From the NCBI GenBank assembly GCA_043228905.1, contig JBHGNT010000021.1, positions 744,001 through 808,000 of the forward strand: a DNA stretch of 64,000 bases, in the 5' to 3' direction. The DNA comes from Azolla caroliniana. Its lineage: Eukaryota > Plantae > Polypodiophyta. The notes beneath the pieces are model-generated. The model was not told where the DNA came from. It saw only the letters and a program-made list of their open reading frames with translations, and did not search any database. Shown one piece after another: positions 1 through 12,878 of the stretch (position 1 is its first letter; each line of letters begins with the position of its first letter). The position numbers and the translations under genes are program-made.

Positions 1-2772
1 GCCATTATTCATTCCTTTTTCTCTTGTCTTATCAAATCCATCAATCCATTTCATCATCTTCTCGTGTATGATAGGCAATCACAATATAATAAGAACAAAG
101 TTCTTGGACATGCTAAATATAAGTGGTTGGGCCAATCGATAGGTTACAAAACCTTGAAAAGTGTAGAAATAGATGACTAATCTTGTAAACTTTTCTAGCA
201 TTTCAATTCTTTTTTTCTATCAATTAGATTATTTTTCTTAACTTATTGAAAAAGTGAGCAAAACATTAGGAACTATCTAAAAGTTCTCAAATGTCGTGGG
301 AATTAGTCATCAAGGTTATAAATGGCCCAAAATTGTTTTCATGGGTATGCGCCTTACTAAAATTAATAATCCATTTTCTTTGTTGTATATGATGTATGGT
401 TATGTACAAATTCTCATGGACCTAAATGATCAAGCATCTCCCTAATAATAGTTTACATAGTCTCATAACACAAGAATTAGTTTTAATGCAAGTGTTTGAA
501 GCCAAAATTCTTCCTTGCATTCATAATGTTAAGTTACATTTTATTTTATGCAAGGGAAAACAACAAATGTTGAATTAGTTGGGAATCAATGAAAATGACA
601 AAAGTACGCTACAAAAGCGCTATTTGAACGTATTGCCTTAAAAAATCATGCAATAGAATTTAGACGCCCCCATCACATCGATCTAACAAATGATTGATTC
701 TAGACTAAGGACATTACCTTATTAAAGTGATAGAATCAAAGCTAATTGAAACATTGAGATCTTGGTTTCTCATCTCATTATAATAATCTAATTTGAACTT
801 ACGACATGGCTTCACCAATTCAACTGCTCCATGACCCAAGGAGTGAAAACAACAAATTTGGCTCATAAAAGTCAATGCCAAATGCAACTTTCCAATTTCA
901 CTTCACATAACTAACCAACACTATATAAGGTATCCCAAAATTTGCTTGACAATTTCCCTTTTCGCACCTTGATGGGTAATTGGGACAATTTAAGCAAAAA
1001 TATTCTCACAAAATCCATGAGAAGTGCATATCAAGCATATCTAAAGTGCAACAAATTACGGAGGGTAGTGAGATTTGAAACTAGCTAAATAAGTTAATGA
1101 AAAATTGACTTACCTCTACGTTCTCAAATACCTCAATTTCTCGCTAAATGTTAATGGTGGAGTACATTGCTGAAGATAGGGGGAGATGAGCACTACCTTA
1201 CTGGCGCATAAATCGGATGGAGCAAGCTCAACATTGTTGTGGTGTAGAAAGTTGTGCTTGGTAATGGAAAATGAGTAACATTCAATGATACATAAACAAT
1301 TGGTCACACTTTAAATAGTTAAAATCTTGCTCATTCAAACTTTCTCAAGGGACTCTAACGCCACTTTGAGTAATTGCACAAGTGTTGTTTTGATATATGC
1401 CCATACAAAAAATCTACAGAAGATGAAAGCCATAAAAGTCAAAATGGCTCGGTATGATGATCTCATGCATGAACAAGGTTAGGACCTCAATTCAATATCT
1501 CAACTAGTAATAGAGAGATGTCAAGGCCCTCTCTTAGACCATGTAGAACTATGACCTAAATCCAACTTGAACTACACGATTGGTAACGACGACACTTCGC
1601 ATGGATACGTGTTAGACCATTCGGGATAGTGTTCACCTTTTCAATGAGTTGCGCAAGCTTCACTTTTCTAATTGATGTTGGCCAACACTTTGAACCGTGC
1701 GTTAGGTACACATCACAAAAAAAATGGTTTAAAGATCAATCAATCACTAACGGATTTGTCCACACCCCATGGAAACACTTTTTAACCATGCTTTTGGTAC
1801 ACATTGTAATTTTCCTGACCACTCACACTCCAATAGATTTGCCCACGTTCCATGGAAACATCAGTATGGCTAGAAATGAATCAACTTTTTTAAGTCACAC
1901 GAAGTTGATTGACACAAGGTTCACATTTCGAACTGAAAATTGTCAAGCCATTCAAGCCATGCCGTAGGTACACCTTAAGAGCACTCTCTCTATACAGAGA
2001 GAAGCTTTGGCCGCTTCCCATCAAAACTCGACATGAGCCATCATGGTTTCAAAATCCAATTATTCGAATGTCCGAAAACATGCATATGAGTATAGAATCG
2101 GGACAAGCATGTTCCAAGACATAGATAGGGAGAGGCTAGTAGTGGATAGGAGGACATCCATTGGCCATACAGTCCAGAGAAGGGGGAGGGGGGACAAGAG
2201 ATATTTGATTGAATGAAGGCTAGTTTTGCTTATCTCCCTACTGAAGAAGAAGATCATGTCATTGTGATTGATGGGCACCTTACTCCTCAGAGCAGCTCTC
2301 TCCGTACTAGGGTTTCTCTTCGTCTTTAGAGTGCTTCTATTGGAGTCCAACGATTCGCTTAGAGTTAGAGCTTCTCAAATGCAGGTTGAGAGGTAAATAA
2401 ATTCAATTTGTTTTGGCTCATTTCCACATTAAAAGCCTTTAAATAATGGGGTAAATTCGGAAACACTTAGTGAGGTTTTCATTATTTCCCCTGATGCCCT
2501 CCGGTCAAACCACATTTTATCAATCATATGTGCTGCTTGAGCAAGTACATTTAGGCAGAAATAAAGAAAAACTCGTGGATAGATAACTATAGATTGATGG
2601 GTCATTTAAACTATGTTTTTTCTTGTTGTTTTGTTTCGTTTCTGTAGATTTTTTGGATCATTTCCATGAAAAATAAATTGATGGATGCCCATATTTTTGC
2701 TATTTTGGGCTCATTTGCATCAGGTTTCATGGAGGATTATCTAGAAAAGTAAGCAAATTGGAGCTCAATCCA

Positions 2773-5700
2773 ATGGAATTCAGTGATGATTCTTATGGAA
2801 AGTCTGTGCTTTCTAACCCTGCAAGGCATGGCCTTGTGAAAGAAGTGTATACATTTGAACAAGGTCATGCTCCTTTCAATAGTTGCCATGCTTCTACGAT
2901 CGTTGAGGTATATTCTCGAACTCCCATTGACCCTGCTAAGGAAGTAATAGATAGATATATAGAGAATTGATGACGGGAAAAACTAAAAAATACCCAAGTT
3001 TTTCTTTATTTCCCCAAGTAAGTTTTTGTTAGGATGCCCTTGGTCAACCTCCAAAAATGAGAATAGTCGATGAGTTGACCATAAAATCTCTCAGATGCCA
3101 CATAATTGCCCGAGAGGGGTTTGGTTGAAGCAAGGAAATTTATGGAAATAACAAAAACGGGGCATTTTGAAGTTTTTCCTTTGGATAAACGGATAGAAAA
3201 TACATATACATAGATGGATGGATGGATTGATAGATTGATGGGTTGTTTGATAGATGGATAAAAACACACATAGGTACAGGACTTGTAGATAAGTAGATGG
3301 ATAAATGCATAGATGCAGGCCAGATGCAAATATAGATGGATGTAAGGATAGAAAGATAGACGAACAGGTGGATTACTCAACTCACGGGCTATGATCTGGT
3401 TTAGGAGCATAAATATTATTGCCTGGACATAGATGTAAGGTTTATGCATATATACACACACATAATAGTCCAAACACTGACTTAAGGTTTATGAATATAT
3501 GCCTTATAGTCCAAACATGAAGTAGGGAACTTATGTGTACATACATTATGGTCCAGACCGTGAGGGTCTATTTGCAATGCATGCATGTTTCTTTCTTGCT
3601 GTTAATCTGTTAATTAACGAGTCAATATGTTTAGACCATCTTGTAATATTTGATAATAAGCTTTGTGTAGGAACTTGTAAACTTCAGGTTGACAAAGGGG
3701 TATTTCTTGCAGCTTATTTTGGCGGAACATATGAAGGTGAACCTGATGTAAAGATATGGTGTCAGTTTTATGCGGTTAGTGAGCTGATAGTGTTAATACT
3801 GGTTGAATTAGAATGAGTTCTTTTAACATTGCAACTTCTCAACAAACTCTTTATGTATCAATTAATGTTGTATAACATGTAGGGAGGTATTTGGAGTGAT
3901 CCAAAGTTAGTTGATGAGGAGCCGGATGTGCCTATGTGGAATCCAGTTCTCTTTAGAACACCTGATGGACAAGTATTGATCTTCTACAAAATTGGGCCTG
4001 AAGTTCAAAAGTCTCTCTCTCTCTCTCTCCTGTTAATTTTTATAAAACATTTAAATACATACTTTCGAACACGTACTTAAGTGCACACACTAATGCTATT
4101 GCTTTTCATTGTTATATCCTAAAAATCGTATAGGTCTCCTGAAGGACATGAATCAGCTATCTATCTATTTGATACCATTGCTTTGCATTGATTGAAATGA
4201 AAATATTTTCAATTGCAATATCGATGGCACTCCTAAGCCGTTGTTTGGTCTACTAGAGATGTTAATATGTCTTTATTTTTCCTCTTTTTTTTCTTTTCGT
4301 AAAGGTAGTAGGATAATGTTCAGATGGAAGCATATGGGATGCTCTAGGATCAATTTGTTTCTTATATTCATCTTGTTCAATATTACGGTAGCCCTTTCGT
4401 TCACACACTCGATTGCATTCTAGGTGTACTTTATATTTTAAGTTAATGGGCTTTTCTTTTTTGTCATGAGGAGCTATCACTTCCCACTTTGATCTCTATA
4501 CTGATGTTAGTATAATCTTTCTTCTGCCCTCCATCCCTTCCCCCCTTCTGCTAATTGTTGTATGCCTGTGTCCCTCAAGGGCTCTTTCTGAATGGTTTAT
4601 CCAATGCTACATTGAACATAGATATTTCAATGGAGATTTATTTGCATAGTTTTCATTAATGTATTTGATTTTTGGTTATAGTTCAATATTTTGTAACAGA
4701 GTCACAAACTGTCTGATGTTTGTTTTGGTTTTGGCATATTTCTGATAGATGGAGTGGCTTTATGAAGAGATCGTTTGATAATGGGGTGACATGGTCTGAA
4801 AGAGAACAACTGCCACCTGGCATTTTGGGGCCCATCAAGAATAAGGTACTGAAAATCGTGAATTGGGTCTATTATCAGTTAATGTAAAGCAAAAAAAAGG
4901 TTCTTGAAAATTTTGACTGATTTCTAGAAACAAAAAAGGTATGGAAGTTCAACAGTCTTTTCCTATAATAATTGAGGAACATTCAAGTTTCATGCTTCAC
5001 TGCACTTGGTGAAGCTTACTTGTTTTGAGCACACCTTTACATTATTTTATGATTGTTTTGAGTTTTCATATGCTTTTCTTAAATAAAACAATTTCAGCCA
5101 TTATTACTGAAGGATGGCAGTCTTCTTTGTGGATCATCGGTAGAGAGTTACATGTCATGGGGAGCATGGATGGAGGTATGTTCTAGTTCTGTATTATAAG
5201 TATTTTCTTTCTTGCTATTGATTTAAGAGTTTATCCATATATATATATATATACATGTATGTATGTATATACATTCAGATGTTATTCTTCATATCTTAGG
5301 ACCAACTAACCCATTTCTGATTGCTATTTCCACCTTCTGGTGTCTTCAAAGTTGTCATTTGAATATTGCTACTGCAATGTTGCAGATTACGCATGATTTT
5401 GGTGTTACTTGGTCCAAGCATGGGCCTATTTACATTCCCGAAATACCAATGGGTGTTATTCAACCAGTGCCATTCCTAACAGAAAGAGGGAATATTCGTG
5501 TTTTGCTGCGCGCCTCTGAAGATATTGCCTTGGTTTGCTTTGCTGATTCATTCGATAATGGTTTAACATGGAGCTATGCACTGCCGACAAAGCTTGAGAG
5601 CCCCAATAGTGGTAAATGAAACATTTCATCTATTTGAGAGGTTCAGACAAAATTTGTTATATTACTTGAGCCTTGTATATTCTAGTTCAAATTTCATCGA

Positions 5701-6701
5701 CTTCTCATTTTGCACAATAGTGAGGTTGGTGCATTACACATGCTGATGATTGATTATTGCAGTAACTTTATTTTTCCAAAGAAAGATACTACATTAGTAT
5801 TAAGAAGCACCCTAAGGCTGTACATGAAATATGTACATATAGGTAATTACCCCCGTGTTAAATTCTAACTGTCAGCTGAAATAAATACTTTGGTGTTTAG
5901 TAAAACCACTCCACCTTGTCAAAAATTCACCTGTAAAATATTCCTTTATCCCATATGGCATGAAAATTCCAACCTTTATAACTCTGCCTGTTGCGTATTA
6001 CCTTTTAGGTTATCCAAAAATCCTCTGAGATTATGCACAATCTCTATCCAAACTACAGCAATTATCTGGGCAGGTTTTTCGGTCACATTTTGGGATACCT
6101 TTAAACATCTGGGCTTCCAAATATACCAAAATAGTGATACTACTTACCAATTTCCATATTTCAGGTTTACCAGTCTCTATTTGTGGACTCAGGGGTATAA
6201 TTGTTTTTTGCATCAGACCATGTCTCATAGAAAGAACATCTACAAATTATTGCTGTAATTTAGTTGCTGTCTACGTGCTCTACGTGCTTTGAATTTTAGT
6301 GAGTCTCTGTTTCCGTTTGTCCTAATCACATATTTTTGAGGAGTTTATGAGAAATTTGTCTATTAATGAGGATCCACTATATGACAGCAGAAAAATACTA
6401 TCAGATTATAAGATAGACCTATATCACATAAAAAAATAACAAGGGCGAGGAAGTGACACTAATATTGATTTCAATGCAGGGATCGATGGTGTAAAACTCG
6501 ATGATGGTCGTCTTGTAGTCGTTCACAATGCAGGTTCTCGAGCTACTCTTAAAGTTTCCATTTCAGAGGATGATGGAGACAATTGGCAAGAGGTGTTCAC
6601 TTTAGAAGATCAGGATTATAGCGAGTTCTCGTATCCAGCTATAATACAGGATTCGGATAAGTTAATCCATACAACATACACATATAATAGAACTCAAATT
6701 A

Positions 6702-6739
<38 letters not shown>

Positions 6740-7454
6740 ATACATAGGTTTCCAGTGCATAAAGAACCAATCACTCCCATTTAATCTCTACAAGTGGGGA
6801 ACACAAAAATTTAATGCTCCCTCCCTCTCTCTCTCTCTCTCACGTTTTCATAATTTGGCACTCCTGATTGCATCATTCATTAGTAAAATTCTTGACATTG
6901 AGAGTCACTTATCAACTCCACAAGGTTTAGGGTTTAGATCTCCTTTCATTATGAATGCAAATTTATATCCACGTAATATTTTGGTTTGAAGTTGTGATTT
7001 CAGTGCCATACTCAAAAATATATGATGGTGATATATATTCTCTATGTGTAAGTTTGGTGTAATGTATGAATGCTACTAACAAATTCAAATTTGAGATTGA
7101 TTTCATTTAAACTTAGATTGGTATGTGAATTTGAGTATTGTCATCATTGAAATATGTTTAGTTGCTATTAGTTTGCCATGTGTTTCTATTGCCGGTTTAA
7201 ACTTTTCCATGATGTATCATGCCACTGACCTACTATGTTAATCATGTTATATGATCAAAATTTTCACATGAAAGCATCACTATCTTTCTGGTATTGATTT
7301 GGGATTTGTTTAATTCGCTTTACCAGATTTATTGGTCTGATTGAAACTTTTGAAAGAGATTAACGTTTGGGTTTTTATCCAACTGCAGCATGTTATTCTA
7401 CACCCAACAGCGCTATATGTTGCTAAAGAAGAGAAATTGCTATCTGTAAATTGA
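2773..7454 (+). CDS. BNR/Asp-box repeat (sialidase-fold, BNR_2-like) protein, 8 coding exons, about 346 aa
   Basis: Exons read with GT-AG borders and consistent phase: 2773-2907, 3688-3774, 3883-4010, 4749-4845, 5098-5175, 5386-5611, 6480-6703, 7389-7454 (1041 nt). Asp-boxes [32 protein letters not shown]; motifs [28 protein letters not shown]. The start codon is uncertain because an acceptor at 2723 could add an upstream exon. Confidence 0.88.
2975..3180. mobile_element. MITE-like element with imperfect TIRs in intron 1 of the BNR gene
   Basis: GGGAAAAACTAAAAAATACCC at the left end and GGGGCATTTTGAAGTTTTTCCT at the right end form an imperfect inverted repeat resembling Mutator-type termini. 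No TSD confirmed. Confidence 0.45.
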
Positions 7455-9586
7455 AGAACCAAGCCATTTTGTACATAACTGCTACTAAGTGTCAAAATTG
7501 TGAATGATGATAGGAAAGGAATTGAACCACATTTTGATACACTTGTCCATTGATGCATTTCATCATGATGGACAAAAATTGGACAAGATCTATTTAGGGT
7601 TGGATTTTCTGATCTGATATATCCTCAAAACTTGCCATTGGATGTTAAATGAGCTTAACTGTACAAAGTTGATGATTTCCATAATTAGTTAAGGTATGAA
7701 ATTTATATTATTTGTGAATGAACACTTCCGTATATGTTGTAAGACAAGCAGGTCTTGTTAATCATATTTGAAGGATTTGTGAAATTATGGATGGATCGAG
7801 CAGGTTCAGAATCCATTGTAACAAGGACTTGGTACAATTCCATAAGAATGTCCCTAAGAATTTACAAATTTTTGATCAAACTCTTCTTGTATATGATGTA
7901 ATAGTTGGCTATGTATGTTGTATTACAGTGGGAACTTGTACAATGTTACCATTAAAAGTTGGATGATGGACCTTTCAAACTATGTTGGAGGACTTGCAAT
8001 GTCTTTATTCCTATCATTCTTTGGCAGGCAAATGCTGATTTTTCATAAGGCTTACAAAACCAGGCCTCCTACAAACAAAAACGGGCAGTGCCGGTTCAAT
8101 ATTTGAACATTTTAAGGCTTGAAAATGTCCTCTATGATGGTAATATTGTTGGCTGTCTTCTCCACAGGATGGTGCAAGGCATGATAAGAAGTATCATGAG
8201 GTCTTGAGACAGGATATTGAGTGTTGACTTTTATTCCCAACCATCTACTATATATGTATATGTATATATATAAATACATCGATGCCTTAAAACTAGGTTA
8301 AGCTAAAATTACATTATCCTATTTGTAGCATATATTGAATTCAACCTTTGCCCTAGCTAGATTATTGAAACTTTGGTGATCTCCAAGCTATCACCCTTGT
8401 AGGGTTCCATCTCTTAATTGTCCTAGCATTGACCATCAATACCTGTGCATTGACCTTGGCTTAGATGATCATCCTTGACACATTTGTTTTAGGTGGGGAC
8501 CATGCATGGTTTAATTTCAGTGGATGATATTTTTGTCCCAACATCTTTTAATACATTGCTCTGTGACTTTCTATGCATGATTCCATGAGTTATTTTGAAT
8601 TAGACACCATTGAAGTTGATTCCATGTGAAGACAAATTAAATCTTCTGTTGATTTAAGGTCAACAAGACTAAACCTTATTGGTTATATATATATATATAT
8701 ATATATATAAAACCAAAACTAAACGATGGCCCATAGGATCATATTGCGCAAACATAGGAAATATATGAGAACACTCTCTTAAGAAATGTGGGCTAATGTG
8801 AAACTTAAATTATCAAGGCAAGGGATTACTCATGGTTTAAACTGTTTGTAAATAGATCTTGAGGTCATTCCACCATTGAACATAATATGTGAAATTCTTG
8901 TAACTCAATGCTTTCTTGCTCTATCTTTTGAGAGCAATGATTCATAACTTCCTTGTGCTTCCATACATAGTAGTTATTAACTCTCAACATACTGTAAAAA
9001 ATATTTTGGTTTGGTTTGATAGGTTCCATTTGGCTTCCAAGGTCAATAATAAATCAATCTCTCTCTCTCTCTCTCTCTTTACATTAAGATCATTATAATT
9101 GATATGTAGGAAACCTGAATATTCTGTTTTAGTATGGACTATGTGAAGCGATTGATCACATTTGCAATCATAATTTGTTGCATAGGCCAATTTTGATGTC
9201 TACTAGATGTAAAAATGCTAGAGATATTTTTTTGTTGTATGTTTGTAGATGTTTATTTTAATGAAGGATCATAGAGAGGTGCGGACAATGTTACAACTAG
9301 TATTTAAACCATTGAATTTCCAACATTCTTAAAATCAAGAGTATCCTTGACTATAACCTCTTGAACTTGTTGGAGGAAATAACCAATGGTTAAAACTTTA
9401 CGAGGTTATCATGGTACTTTTATATTGTCCTTTAACCTAGAGTGCATTTAACTTTGAAGCCAAATGCCAATGCACATATTATATAAACTTTACTCGAGGG
9501 GCATCTTGGGGGCATCTTGCATAGATGCCTATGCAGCCAAACTCTAACCTCATGTCAATCCTTTTCATAGTTTCAAAATTGTAGTT

Positions 9587-9589
<3 letters not shown>

Positions 9590-9647
<58 letters not shown>
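9590..9647. repeat. (GA)n microsatellite
   Basis: Pure GA run visible in sequence. Confidence 0.95.
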
Positions 9648-9651
<4 letters not shown>

Positions 9652-10094
9652 TTAAAAACATATTGTTGTCATGCATATCATATATGCATGTTTTTATGTG
9701 AGATCCCCCATCTAATTAGCGGCTTTCCATCTTTGCCCTTCATATTTGGACTGTCTAAAGGTAAATGAACATACTCAAAGGTTCTACAACTTGCTATGGG
9801 GGGATCTAAAGAAATCACTTCACTTTAACAAACTCAAATTCCATTTAGTATAAAATGCTTTGATAGAACATAGGTCCTTGCTTTAGGCAACCTTTGACTA
9901 GGGTGTTGTCAAGGAGCCAATGTCTTTTTAATCCTTTTGTGCTCCAACATGCTACTAATCCCTAAATGTTTTTTCAAGGGGCCAAAGAGGAATGCCAAAT
10001 GCCACTGGAAAACATCCTAAATAAAACCTTGAGAGTTCTCCTAAATTTGCCATCATGTAGTGTTTACTCATTGAAGAGGTTTATAGATAAATTA

Positions 10095-12295
10095 AATGTG
10101 CACGAAACCAAATGAAAATGACATCATTGCACTTACTTACACGAGGTATTTCGAACAATTAATAACTTTACCATGGATCCAACAAGTGCCTTTTTTTACT
10201 TGCCTATGGAGGCCCTACTCCGAGAATATGTTAGCCATGAGTCGTCACAAATGATTTTCTGATGCCTTTAATTTTACGTTCTCTAGTCATGCTAATTACC
10301 GAGTGTTTGCAAGTTGGAACTAACCCCCTTAACCGTCAATTCGCCACTTATTCCCTCAAATTGCATAACCAAATGCACGTTTCATAGACGTCTAACTTTG
10401 ATTTCTATCATTTGATTATTTATATTTTGATGTAAAGGTGTCCAGAAGGGAATAGAAATTGATAAGACATGTCATTAAATGCTTCTTTAAATGTTGTGTG
10501 CTAGACAAAAGTTGTGCATTTAAGTTTTGAAAATGCCAAATGCTCTATTGGTCCTCTTGTGCAGGGAATGATGCATGTTGGGATATGTGATGGCTTTACT
10601 TATGTATGTGTTCATGGATGTAGATTCACAAGCATAAGCGATCATGAAAGCCAAATGATATATTGTACAAGTTGTTCACTATATGGTATGGCGCTCGACA
10701 TCGAAGTTAATCTAGAGAAATCAGAACTATTGGTGGAGCTCTACATTTGCTTCATGTGAACCATGCCAAGATTTGTGATTAATGTAGACAAGGAATTCTA
10801 TGTTCATGTGTTTTAACACTTTGAACATATGCGTTGACCACAACTTGTTGGGATGCCATGTCTATCACTATAGTTAAGACCCCAATGGGCAAGTGGACAA
10901 AATATACGTATTGCCTTCTATCACTAGATAATCTTCTTCATGCTAAATTTATTATTATTATTATTACCACATGGTTGATTCCATGGCATGGTACTACATC
11001 AAACTTTATTTAACACTTAATAATTTGTCACCATTGAAGTCATTTTTACCTACTAGATTTTCTTCGCACATAAGGTTGGAAGTTACATGAACATTCCTAT
11101 CTTGTGGAGGAACAAGTGTTCTATACATCTTCATTTGGAGGACTAAACGTACACAATATGCATGCATTTGGATCAGGGAATGACAAGTAAGGGTCTACCC
11201 TTAGTCGATATTGTTAAAAGGATGGAAAAGATGAAAAGCTTGATTGATTCCATGACCATACATTTGAACATTTGATATTTGAATATCGAAGTATAGTATT
11301 ACGACCTTCAATATTTAAAGTCAGAGACTTATGAAAACGTTCATATGTTGTAAGAATTAACATTGGTAGGGAAGTGTTCTAGATTAGTTGTTAAGACACA
11401 GACTTGATTAGAAACATTGGGACCAACAATAAATTGTCATTATTTGCTGGTTGTGTTGAGTTAATGCAAACATGCACAATTACCCTTGATGTATTGTTTA
11501 GTAGGTCTAAATTCTCAATGATGAGCATCAATTGATATTATTTGCCAAATGTTGTTGCTACACAAAACTCAAAGAACTAGCTAGTCCTTAATAAGGTGGT
11601 GGTATATCATTATGAAAGAATACATATGATGCACAACTTACTATGTGTATGGCCAAAGATGCTTTGGATGATTGAATTGAAAATGGATGAAGAACACAAG
11701 ACACTATAAGATGAGAACAAGCCAAGGGGGCCATACCCATATATTGTAATAGTGCATGATGTTAATGTAGTTGGGGAACCTCAAGAAAAAGAAGAAAATT
11801 GTGTGCACTAGTCAAATTAGAAATATACAAGGAATATGGCCTCAATATGCCAAACTATGGCCTTGTGAGGCAGAAAAGAATTAATTGTTCAAGAGGGAGA
11901 ACTTGAATGGTTGATAGGGATCACAAGGAAATTGTTATATGTGGTGAATGATATGCATTGTTAGATGAGAGCAACATTAGACCCATGAAAAAAATGATTG
12001 CATAGGGCCCAAACTACTTTCCTTGTAGAATCAACACAAGTTTATCTACTTCTCTACATTGCCTTTGCCATGCATTAAGTTGCTTGAAACAAAATTTCTT
12101 GATTGTAACAACAACTATGGGCGATAGCTCGAGTAGACATCGCTACCAAAAATTTAATGTCCACCTTACTTTGGGACATAGCCCAAGTATGTATATATGG
12201 GCAAGGAAATATGCATCTCTTAATTAAAGGTGACACATTCTTCCATGTGTGTCATACTCGTCATTTTCACCAAACCAATGATTCGTGCATATGAT
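10095..12295. mobile_element. Possible highly decayed DNA-transposon remnant
   Basis: Weak inverted similarity between about 10097-10125 (TGTGCACGAAACCAAATGAAAATGAC) and about 12259-12292 (GTCATTTTCA...TTCGTGCATA). The interior has TG/CA-rich decayed-coding texture but no intact ORF. Confidence 0.2.
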
Positions 12296-12878
12296 TACAA
12301 ATATTTTGCTCCATATAGAGATAGATCTCGGTGCAATCTCATATGCTCTTTTTTGGGCTAAGAAGTTAGTTAGCTAGTCGAGCAGATGAGGGGGAGGTCA
12401 TGAGAACATATACTGTTTCATTAAAAGACAAAGGGGGGGAGGGGGGGCACGAGGCAGTTGCTCCTGAAACAAGCCATTAGACTAGGCCATTTGTCTCATC
12501 GATGGAGAACTAACTATGCCTAGTATGTTGTTTGTTGTCTTGTGTCTAGGAAAGACGAGATACTGCCATTGTGGAAGGAACATGTGTGTCGGGGTATCGA
12601 CCGACCGACCAATGTTTTGTTTGTTGGTTAGGCACGATGGATGGATGGATCATGGATGGATGGGTACACACTATTGGGCCATGTGGGTGGGTGCCCATTT
12701 CCGTCCTTCCTTCCTTCCTTCTTCTTCTTCCTTCTTCCTTCTTCTTTTTGACTCCATTTCTCAATCCTTCTCCCTCTCCTTCTTCATCATTATCAGGGGA
12801 TACACACAGACAGAGCAGAGCAGCCACACACAGACAGAGTTTGGAACCCTAATTCCTTTTGCCTCTGCTACTATTAAC

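Noticed and set aside
300-2450. Possible decayed transposase remnant related to 10.1-12.3 kb
   Set aside because: Only vague compositional similarity; no motif or terminus I could support
3006-3473. 155-aa minus-strand ORF
   Set aside because: Intronic GATA/GATG simple repeats plus a MITE; no protein-like signal
2773-7454. Recent bacterial horizontal transfer of a sialidase
   Set aside because: Seven spliceosomal introns and resemblance to a conserved plant family
12516-12878. 121-aa N-terminal extension of the GRAS ORF in the ORF track
   Set aside because: Reads as promoter and CT-rich 5'UTR translation; the ATG at 12879 is more plausible, though unproven
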